A DNA stretch of 33,494 nt from a virus (Duplodnaviria > Caudoviricetes): the IMG/VR virus record IMGVR_UViG_3300032288_003255, positions 1-33,494 of that record; one strand, 5' to 3'. The notes beneath the pieces are model-generated. The model was not told where the DNA came from. It saw nothing but the letters and a program-made list of their open reading frames with translations, and ran no database searches. Of the stretch, positions 1-7,117 are shown piece by piece (positions within the stretch are counted from its first letter, which is position 1; each line of letters starts with the position of its first letter). The translations under genes were made by a program, and so were the position numbers.

Positions 1-57
1 ACTAGACTGATAATTTGCATTGATATAATCAGCTACTTGTTGTTTTGTTATGGCCAT
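1..57 (-). CDS. 5' part of a hypothetical protein running off the left edge (MAITKQQVADYINANYQSS...)
   Basis: ATG at 57-55 with an AAGGAG Shine-Dalgarno (plus-strand ctcctt 67-72); frame is open to the window edge and co-oriented with the upstream genes. Confidence 0.7.
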   Translation of the reverse strand, partial: MAITKQQVADYINANYQSS

Positions 58-83
58 TTGTTGTTTCTCCTTATTAATTATCC

Positions 84-911
84 TTATTTTGTAGAATACA
101 TTGTCAGCCAATTGTTAAACTTCTTGACTAAGAAAGGTTTTGCTATAGAACCTATAATAAAACACACACCTTCTCCCACTATTCTAACAAATTTACCCAG
201 CATATCACTTTGAGATCTTGCTCCCACTTGATATGCTATCTCGTTGGCTCTAGCTTGAGCAATGATTCTAACAGTTTTTACAAATAAAGAATCAACTTTT
301 GTCTTGTAATTTTTTTCCATATACTGTACCAGTGGACATGCCCATAACCAATAACCTATTTTGGTATTATCACTCAAATATTGTACACTGAATTGAGTAT
401 CAATTGCAAGATCTTCCGCAGAAAATAAGCCATTGTTTCTCAACCAAGTGCATATCACTCTACCATTAGTATATTCTAGTGCTTCTAACATTTCAGCTGT
501 TTTTATAATAGCTTCACTCTTATTACTGTTTCTTAAAGAATTTAGAATATTTCTCACATATCTCTCGTAATAACCACGCCATATGGTTTGATCATTTTTA
601 TGTATACCTTTAATCTGTGTCACTATTCTTTCCGCTCTCACATAGTATTCTACCATCTTGTCTTCGTATACACTGTCTCTCAATCCTTGTAACAGTACGA
701 AATCTGTCTGTGCATTAACATTGCCTTCATCTGGTGTGAATGCTGCGTCTTTAGATCTTGTTGGAAGATGATATGCTAGTATGGCATTATAAAAAATACA
801 GTTGTCTTCTCTGCTCAATAGAGTAGAGACACAATGTTCTTCGTCGCCATGTTCTCGACATTGAGCACAGGCCTGTCTGTCATGTAGATATTGTTCAACT
901 GATATTCCCAT
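84..911 (-). CDS. Hypothetical 275-aa protein with a CFI-box-CTERM-like N-terminal domain and a C-terminal ICT...GY..WA domain
   Basis: The ORF track gives 84..956. The better start is Met16 at 911, which overlaps the upstream stop (TAATG) and has GGAG just upstream. The C-terminal half aligns by eye with the C-terminal domain of the 911..2413 protein. Confidence 0.8.
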   Translation of the reverse strand: MGISVEQYLHDRQACAQCREHGDEEHCVSTLLSREDNCIFYNAILAYHLPTRSKDAAFTPDEGNVNAQTDFVLLQGLRDSVYEDKMVEYYVRAERIVTQIKGIHKNDQTIWRGYYERYVRNILNSLRNSNKSEAIIKTAEMLEALEYTNGRVICTWLRNNGLFSAEDLAIDTQFSVQYLSDNTKIGYWLWACPLVQYMEKNYKTKVDSLFVKTVRIIAQARANEIAYQVGARSQSDMLGKFVRIVGEGVCFIIGSIAKPFLVKKFNNWLTMYSTK

Positions 912-2413
912 TATTTCACTCCTGCTATCATATATAATAATCCAAACATTGCCCACATAGCATAACCTATGGCTACATTTTTTGTAGGTTGATTAGTGTG
1001 CTTAACGAATCTTCCAATCAATCTGCTCACAGCAATACCTATGTTCATAATGTATCTGCCTGCTCGATTGTCTTCTTTTAATACTCCCATCTTATAAGCC
1101 ATGTGCTGAGCCCATGGAGTAGCAATTCTTCTTGCCCATCTTGTGGCCATTTCTCTCTGTTTTTCATTTCTAATTTTTTTATCTTGTATCCAAAACATAC
1201 ACTGTGGACCTTCGTTGCTCATCCAATCCACAACTACTCGTGCCCATTTTAAATATCCATAATAGGCGTTGGGATCTGTTTGTCTCAGCCAATGACCAAA
1301 ACGCTCGTCTGCTTGATATATCTCATCTGACAGATAGCCTAATTCATATAATTTTGTACAGATTATAGAACATCCGCCTCCTCCTCCACCACCTGGAGCA
1401 GCCGGATCATTGCCTGGAGTACCTGAATAAGGATTACCAGTAGCATCTCCAAACCCCGCCGCTGTAGATTGCCAATTAAATCCTGTATTGAACACAGCTT
1501 TCCATACTCCGTTTATTTTCACGTAGGCAGCAGTGATATTCTTCCAAATCCCGTCATGTTTAAATTTTATTGCTGTGATAGATTTCCATGCATTATCAAC
1601 CTTAACTTTGGTATCTGCACTGATTGTAAAAATTATTATTGCTTTGCCATTTGTACCAGAAGCACCTTGATTTCCACCCACTCCTGCACCACCTGATGAA
1701 CCTGCTGGCGTTTGTCCGCTTGCTACTGTGGTTGTTCCTCCAATTGGAACCAAAGAAGAACCCGAATATCCGCCAGTACCTCCGACGTCATTATCATTGC
1801 TATCTCCACCAATTCCGCCATCAACACCACCACCACCAGCGCCACCACCACCACCGTTACCGTTATGAGGTGTGCCGTTTTCTCCTAGCGTTCCTGGCGA
1901 GGCTGATGTTGGAGAATTAGTGATTATACCCACTCCTCCTTGACTGTCTGCTCCACCTCCTCCACCTGCTCCGCCACCTGCAGCTACAGCAGTATCAATA
2001 TTATTAATTTTTATTATTGTGGCTCCTCCACCTCCTCCGCCAGATCCTGAAGATCCGTTAGGTCCTGAACTACCTCCCACGCCACCTGAATATCCTGTTA
2101 AACTTCTACCATTAAATCCACCCGCTACTCCACCTCCATTGGCTCCTCCACCTCCTCCACCACCTACTCCTAGTGCTATAGTTTCTCCTACATGTGATGT
2201 AAGATCAATCGAAGAATGAAGAACATAGTGTCCGCCTGCACCCACTCCGTTGGCTCCAGCAGTTTCTTGTGCTCCACCTCCGCCTCCACCACCCCAAAGA
2301 TAAATTGACATAGATTGTGCGCCAGCTGGAATGGTTCCAGTCCATTTTAAACCATCATAAGTGAATGTGTAGGTGTCATTAGGTTTGACAGTGCTTGAAA
2401 CAGTGTAGGGCAT
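911..2413 (-). CDS. Glycine-rich virion/tail-tip protein (polyglycine domain, three KxxxxWK hairpin repeats, C-terminal Cys-initiated domain with hydrophobic end)
   Basis: IYLWGGGGGGG...GAGG...LGVGGGGGGG...GGGGGAT pattern typical of phage Gly-rich domains; KVKVDNAWK/KFKHDGIWK/YVKINGVWK repeats; located directly downstream of a fibre gene. Confidence 0.75.
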   Translation of the reverse strand: MPYTVSSTVKPNDTYTFTYDGLKWTGTIPAGAQSMSIYLWGGGGGGGAQETAGANGVGAGGHYVLHSSIDLTSHVGETIALGVGGGGGGGANGGGVAGGFNGRSLTGYSGGVGGSSGPNGSSGSGGGGGGATIIKINNIDTAVAAGGGAGGGGGADSQGGVGIITNSPTSASPGTLGENGTPHNGNGGGGGAGGGGVDGGIGGDSNDNDVGGTGGYSGSSLVPIGGTTTVASGQTPAGSSGGAGVGGNQGASGTNGKAIIIFTISADTKVKVDNAWKSITAIKFKHDGIWKNITAAYVKINGVWKAVFNTGFNWQSTAAGFGDATGNPYSGTPGNDPAAPGGGGGGGCSIICTKLYELGYLSDEIYQADERFGHWLRQTDPNAYYGYLKWARVVVDWMSNEGPQCMFWIQDKKIRNEKQREMATRWARRIATPWAQHMAYKMGVLKEDNRAGRYIMNIGIAVSRLIGRFVKHTNQPTKNVAIGYAMWAMFGLLYMIAGVK

Positions 2414-2417
2414 GGAA

Positions 2418-3932
2418 TTATGGCTCCCTTACAAACCAAAGATCCCCGTTACTTCCTTGCCCACTGGTTGGCGTACTAGTTTCTACAAATCGTCTACCAG
2501 CAATACTATTACCTGTTGGTGATCCAAGCGTGCCATCTACAGTAACAGCGTTACCTCCCCATCTAGTAATAGACTCAGTTACCTGTGCTTTTGTTGGTAC
2601 ATCGGCACTGCTATAATTTGGTGATTGTGTTACAGATGTTGAAGAATCTACTAGATTAGTTCCTACCGAACCTAGAGTTAAACTTGTGACTTTAACATTA
2701 CCTGCACCTGAGGTTTTTAAAACTTTACCTTTGTTAGCGTCACCATCTATAGTAGCATCAGCCAATCTAATTATTTGAGAATATGAAGCATTGCTACCTG
2801 CTGACCAAAAACTATCTGATACTGACCAAAACAATCTAGCATCATCAGTTAAAGAATCTGTTTCTGCTATGATACCAGCATCTGCTTGTAGGTTACCTGT
2901 GTTTAATTTTAACCAGTTATCATCAATTACATTGATTGAACTAGTGGTGTTGTTGTATTCTCCTGAAACACTTAAATTTCCCACAATTCTTACGTCGCCT
3001 GTAACTTCGAATGGTACCGAAGGCGAGCTTGTAAAAATACCTACTCTAGCATTAGCTGCGTCAATCTTAATCGGTGTAATTGTGGATCCACCGTTGTTAA
3101 CTTGCATGTCGATATCACCATCTTGAGTGACGTTAGAAATTATAGAGTCAATACCTGATACTGTTAATTGTAAATCATTAGCTGCACCAATTCTTAAACC
3201 GCTGTCTGTAGAAATAGTCAACACACCTGCCATGGTTTGTGCTGCATCTTTTCTCATGATATTACCGCCAGCGATCACTGTGCCTGATACGTTAGTGGTT
3301 CCTGAAATATTTAAATTAGCTGCTGTGGTAGTGGTTCCAGCAAAAGTTGCACCTAATGCATTACTCATTGTGATACCAGCATAGATTTCTGGGAATCCAG
3401 ACGGTGCTGATGCAGGAGTAAAAGTTACACTGCTCATGATTGCAACTCTAGTGTTGCCATTATACATTGAACTGATTACTCTTCCGCTTCCAAAACTGTC
3501 ATTGATAGTTTCTATTTTCCATCCTGACAGAGTTTGACCTTTGGAATATAATGGTCCTACCAGTTGCCATGTGCTAGAACTGGTTCTAAAATATAATTGT
3601 TCATCATCACTGTCAATCCATAGGTCCCCCGCAGAAGCTCCTGTGGGCTCAGCTGATTGTGATTTTGCTCCACCTGTAGGTTTAAATGATGTGCCGTCAT
3701 ACACTTTTAATTGATTGGTGTTGGTGTCAAACCATAACTCACCTCTCAATGGTGCTGATGGACTGGCTGTAGAAGCTGAATTTTCTAATAATCTTACTAA
3801 ATCTTCATTGAGATATTCTCCGTATCCGGAATAACTCTTACCAAACAGATACAGTGATGTGCTGTTGTCTATTGTACCGTCTGTAATTGTGACTAATTGT
3901 GATCCGTCTGTTTTGTTTACAATGTATGCCAT
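2418..3932 (-). CDS. Tail fibre / baseplate-attached fibre protein B (504 aa)
   Basis: N-terminal MAYIVNKTDG...GKSYSGYGE...LLEN...P..P..GELWFD anchor domain; repeated GDLW motifs; RVGIFTSSPSVPFEVTGD fibre motif; Ser/Thr/Gly-rich; paralogous to 9302..10525. Confidence 0.8.
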   Translation of the reverse strand: MAYIVNKTDGSQLVTITDGTIDNSTSLYLFGKSYSGYGEYLNEDLVRLLENSASTASPSAPLRGELWFDTNTNQLKVYDGTSFKPTGGAKSQSAEPTGASAGDLWIDSDDEQLYFRTSSSTWQLVGPLYSKGQTLSGWKIETINDSFGSGRVISSMYNGNTRVAIMSSVTFTPASAPSGFPEIYAGITMSNALGATFAGTTTTAANLNISGTTNVSGTVIAGGNIMRKDAAQTMAGVLTISTDSGLRIGAANDLQLTVSGIDSIISNVTQDGDIDMQVNNGGSTITPIKIDAANARVGIFTSSPSVPFEVTGDVRIVGNLSVSGEYNNTTSSINVIDDNWLKLNTGNLQADAGIIAETDSLTDDARLFWSVSDSFWSAGSNASYSQIIRLADATIDGDANKGKVLKTSGAGNVKVTSLTLGSVGTNLVDSSTSVTQSPNYSSADVPTKAQVTESITRWGGNAVTVDGTLGSPTGNSIAGRRFVETSTPTSGQGSNGDLWFVREP

Positions 3933-3938
3933 ACCATG

Positions 3939-3946
3939 TATTTATT
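3939..3946 (-). promoter_or_regulatory. Putative T4-like late promoter AATAAATA
   Basis: 7/8 match to the T4 late consensus TATAAATA, 6 nt upstream of the fibre B ATG. The identical octamer recurs upstream of two other structural genes (11204-11211, 28654-28661). Confidence 0.55.
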
Positions 3947-3999
3947 TTCTTTCGCAAATAACGTTTTAAAGGGTTTTTGCTAGGATTTAACTAACTTGC

Positions 4000-4028
4000 T
4001 TGATATTAAACAAATACATATGTATAAT
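4000..4028 (+). promoter_or_regulatory. Sigma70-type promoter for the plus-strand cassette (TTGATA-N17-TATAAT)
   Basis: TTGATA at 4000-4005, 17-nt spacer, perfect TATAAT at 4023-4028; the ATG at 4035 lies at the expected +1. Confidence 0.75.
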
Positions 4029-4034
4029 AGCAAA

Positions 4035-5051
4035 ATGAACCAAATAGATTCAGTACATGTGGAAATTACAAGCCGTTGTAACGCAAAATGCCCAATGTGC
4101 TCAAGAACTAATAACCCAATAATACTCAATAATCAGTCAGAAATATCTTATACAGATTTTGTTAAATTTTTCCCTAAAGAATTTGTTGGTCAGTTAAAAA
4201 AAATTAAATTTTGTGGCAATTACGGTGATCCTGCTATTGCTCATGATTTGATACAGATTCACGAGTATGTATTAGAACACAATCCTACCATCATGATTAC
4301 ACTGAGTACCAACGGTGGAGTACGCAACACTGATTTTTGGGAGAGGTTAGGCAACATCTATGCTCGAACTCCTCACTCATTTGTGGAGTGGCATATCGAC
4401 GGTTTAGAAGATACCAATCATATCTATAGAGTGGGAGTGCAATGGAAAAAATTAATGGATAATGCTCGAGCATTTATAAAAACAGGAGCCAATGCCAAAT
4501 GGTTTTTTATACCCTTCTTCCACAATGAGCATCAAGTAGAGACAGCTGAAACAATGGCCAAAGAAATAGGTTTTCGAGATTTTGTTTTAAAAATTTCTGC
4601 AAGATTTAAAGATTTCGATAAACCTTTTGTCTATCATGATGAAAACAACACAACTAAAAAAATATATCCTCCTACGGCAGACAGATTTGATATACAACAC
4701 ATGCAACATCGAGGCCCGCTGATCTGCTTGCACAAACAGAGAAAAGAGATCTACGTGGACTCTTGGGGTAGATTATTTCCCTGCTGTTGGACTGCTTCTT
4801 CATTTCACAAGGTTAATAACTGGCTCATAAGCAAAGATAAATATGCTATATCGTTGCATCAACGAAGCATTTTTGAAATCTTGAATGACACTACGTTTCA
4901 AGATTGGTTAAAAATGATGTATGCTAATGAGACATCAATATGTCATCAAAGATGTACAGGATCTCAAGTGCATGTGATTGAAGCTAACGGTGTAAAAATA
5001 CCACAAAAAACTTTGTGGCATTACAAAGAAAAGATTGTTGATCATGAATGA
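4035..5051 (+). CDS. Radical SAM enzyme with C-terminal Twitch/SPASM-type auxiliary Fe-S domain
   Basis: CxxxCxxC (CNAKCPMC, 4077-4100), CGNYGDP, STNGG and IDGLEDTNHIYR core motifs; C-terminal C...YVDSWGRLFPCC...CHQRC. Start moved from 3996 to Met14 (4035) because the upstream codons overlap the promoter. Confidence 0.9.
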   Translation: MNQIDSVHVEITSRCNAKCPMCSRTNNPIILNNQSEISYTDFVKFFPKEFVGQLKKIKFCGNYGDPAIAHDLIQIHEYVLEHNPTIMITLSTNGGVRNTDFWERLGNIYARTPHSFVEWHIDGLEDTNHIYRVGVQWKKLMDNARAFIKTGANAKWFFIPFFHNEHQVETAETMAKEIGFRDFVLKISARFKDFDKPFVYHDENNTTKKIYPPTADRFDIQHMQHRGPLICLHKQRKEIYVDSWGRLFPCCWTASSFHKVNNWLISKDKYAISLHQRSIFEILNDTTFQDWLKMMYANETSICHQRCTGSQVHVIEANGVKIPQKTLWHYKEKIVDHE

Positions 5052-5838
5052 TTCTTATGTTTTAGGAAGAAATAAAACTAAATTTGAAATTGCAGAATTT
5101 CCTAAAATTAGTTCCAATGAAAAAATTGGAATATTATTCCAAGGGGGAATTGAATCCACTCTGTTGGCTTTGATAGCCAAAGAGATCTATGGCATAGATA
5201 ATGTTGTTTTTATTTTGATCACTGCTGATGTAGTCTTAGGTTATAAAAATGACTCCAACAAATTAGATATTTTGAGAAAGACTTTTAAAGATTCTATGGA
5301 TAGTATGGGAGGAACCCACACTGTTGAATTGGGAGACGATGCTCTCAACAGATACAATTTATCTATCTCTGCATCTAAAAAACTTGTATCAAAATACGGA
5401 AACAAAATTAAATTTGTACTTGCTGGTTATAATAAAGTTTACGAAGAAAGTGTTAACCTGCTGAAAGACAGCGGATGGAGTAGAGGTTTTATCACCAATG
5501 ATAAACTTGATGGTTATCTTGAACAGAATTCAAAAAAATATCCAGAATTATACAAACATGTTAAAAAACAAAATGGAAAAATATTTGGGGTCAGCAAACA
5601 TATCGGTTTTGAACAGATCAGCAATGACTATCATACCAACGTTAGACCTTTTAGAAATTTAAATCTATCTGAAATTATCGACTTATATGGTAAACTTAAT
5701 TTAATATCCTATCTATATAGAACCAGCAGTTGTGACGTGGATCTAGGTAATTGTGGTATATGTGACAATTGTCACAGAAGAAAATCAGCATTTCAAGATT
5801 CTTCGGTGTCTGATCTTACAAAATACACTTTTAATTAA
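5044..5838 (+). CDS. QueC-like (PP-loop/adenine nucleotide alpha-hydrolase fold) protein with C-terminal Zn-binding Cys cluster and non-canonical PP-loop
   Basis: KIGILFQGGIESTLL at the position of the usual SGGxDS; RPF motif; TSSC-x6-CGIC-x2-C-x-RR-x2-AF matches the QueC C-terminal pattern. ATG at 5044 overlaps the end of the radical SAM gene. Confidence 0.7.
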   Translation: MNDSYVLGRNKTKFEIAEFPKISSNEKIGILFQGGIESTLLALIAKEIYGIDNVVFILITADVVLGYKNDSNKLDILRKTFKDSMDSMGGTHTVELGDDALNRYNLSISASKKLVSKYGNKIKFVLAGYNKVYEESVNLLKDSGWSRGFITNDKLDGYLEQNSKKYPELYKHVKKQNGKIFGVSKHIGFEQISNDYHTNVRPFRNLNLSEIIDLYGKLNLISYLYRTSSCDVDLGNCGICDNCHRRKSAFQDSSVSDLTKYTFN

Positions 5839-5851
5839 ACATAAAAAATTA

Positions 5852-5857
5852 TATAAT
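5852..5857 (+). promoter_or_regulatory. Possible internal -10 element (TATAAT) before the GNAT-like gene
   Basis: Perfect TATAAT in the 29-nt gap, 10 nt before ATG 5868. There is no convincing -35 and the region is very AT-rich. Confidence 0.3.
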
Positions 5858-5867
5858 ATCTAGTGCG

Positions 5868-6440
5868 ATGTATGAAATTAGCGAATACAAACGAGATATG
5901 GATCTTTCTTTCTTTTACAAAAGATGTGAACAAAAAGAATTCCTTAACAATGCTTCACAAAAAAGACTGATAGAATCATTTGATCGACAAAAATTTTATA
6001 AATTATGGATTTTATTCTATAATAATTTGCCCGTTGGGACTACAGCAGCACATGACTTCGACGAGATCATGGGAAAAAATAGTTATAGAATCTGTGTAAG
6101 AACTTGTGTGTTGAGCGAACTGCTCCCTATCAAACACATAAGAACCAAAGATGGCATCATCAATCATCAAAACATAGTCTCGCAGATTTTCATACCTACA
6201 ATAATAAATTCTCTGCCCATTAACAGTGGTCTTTACATAACATCATGTAAAAAAGATGAAGCCAGCATGAGATTGGTTGATAGCATATGGGCTAAACTAC
6301 TAATGAAACAAAAAAGTTTAAAAAAAATTAAAAATGTATTCTACAGAGGTGTAGAACAAACTGTTTGGCAGTTGATTCCTAAAATTTTTTTATCAAACCT
6401 ATATCAACATCCGCGATGGGAATACAAGCTAGCATTATGA
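5868..6440 (+). CDS. Hypothetical protein, probable GNAT-fold acyltransferase (190 aa)
   Basis: LWILFYNNLPVGTTAAH beta-hairpin followed by YRICVRTCVL resembles GNAT strands beta2-beta4; size fits; operon context. The ORF is secure but the fold call is tentative. Confidence 0.5.
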   Translation: MYEISEYKRDMDLSFFYKRCEQKEFLNNASQKRLIESFDRQKFYKLWILFYNNLPVGTTAAHDFDEIMGKNSYRICVRTCVLSELLPIKHIRTKDGIINHQNIVSQIFIPTIINSLPINSGLYITSCKKDEASMRLVDSIWAKLLMKQKSLKKIKNVFYRGVEQTVWQLIPKIFLSNLYQHPRWEYKLAL

Positions 6441-7117
6441 ATATAATCTGTGTCAAATGGGGTGACAAATACTCTCCGGAATTTGTTAATAAATTGTTTG
6501 CTATGGTTTTAAAGAACAGTTGCGGGCAAAATTTTGATTTTTACTGCTATACTGACAATTCCGAAGGATTACATGCCAAGATAAAAACAATCAAAATAGA
6601 ATCAGATCTTATAGGATATTGGCCAAAAATAGAACTTTTTAAACTGTTTGATAAAGATGTCAATATATTCTTTGATCTAGATGTTGTGATATTGAATCCT
6701 CTCGAAAGATTATTTTCTGTCAAAACAAGAACAGTTTCTATACTGTATTCTCAATGGAAAGAAGGTTTCTTGCTGCCTCATAAAAAAACCAAACCAGAAA
6801 ACAAATATCCCACTCAATACAACTCGTCCATAATGAAATGGCAAGGCACGCAAGGACATGAAATATATGACTATTTTCAAAAAAATAAAGACATGATACT
6901 GTTCAAATATCGAGGCATTGATCGCTATCTATATCATGAACCTGTACAGATAGACCTGTTGCCTACAGGCATTGCCTATTCCTATTGGAAAGGAGCCAAG
7001 TACGGCAAGGACACTACCCCTGAAAAATTAAGATTGGATTATGAGGTGTGTATTTTAAACAACGGACCCAAACAAGACGAAGTTAATTCGTGGGTTAAAA
7101 ACTATTGGACGGAATGA
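6437..7117 (+). CDS. GT-A fold glycosyltransferase (DxD), phage ICVKWGxKY type
   Basis: NIICVKWGDKYSPEFVNKL start, FYCYTD, WPKIELF, FFDLDVVI (DxD), YNSSIM, GIDRYL and terminal GPK motifs; start at 6437 forms an ATGA overlap with the upstream stop. Confidence 0.85.
   Translation: MNIICVKWGDKYSPEFVNKLFAMVLKNSCGQNFDFYCYTDNSEGLHAKIKTIKIESDLIGYWPKIELFKLFDKDVNIFFDLDVVILNPLERLFSVKTRTVSILYSQWKEGFLLPHKKTKPENKYPTQYNSSIMKWQGTQGHEIYDYFQKNKDMILFKYRGIDRYLYHEPVQIDLLPTGIAYSYWKGAKYGKDTTPEKLRLDYEVCILNNGPKQDEVNSWVKNYWTE

Noticed and set aside
911-1372. Possible intein/Hint domain after the poly-Gly linker (starts with Cys)
   Set aside because: No Hint block motifs (CF..GT.V, T..H, terminal HN); the sequence looks helical rather than all-beta.
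1373-2296. (CCT/CCA/CCG)n runs resembling tandem repeats or a CRISPR-like array
   Set aside because: They are glycine codons with variable third positions; there is no fixed-length repeat-spacer structure.
1469-3384. Short plus-strand ORFs, including the Pro-rich 2019..2219
   Set aside because: They are antisense shadows of Gly-rich and Thr/Ser-rich minus-strand genes, with no initiation signals or recognisable motifs.
3947-3999. Rho-independent terminator or small RNA in the largest intergenic gap
   Set aside because: No GC-rich stem with a U-tract and no tRNA-like fold; the gap is explained by divergent promoters.
4035-5838. Reading radical SAM plus QueC-like as a queE-queC 7-deazaguanine DNA-modification locus
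   Set aside because: The radical SAM has a Twitch-type extension unlike QueE, the PP-loop is non-canonical, and folE/queD/dpdA are absent from the window. It cannot be excluded for the rest of the genome.
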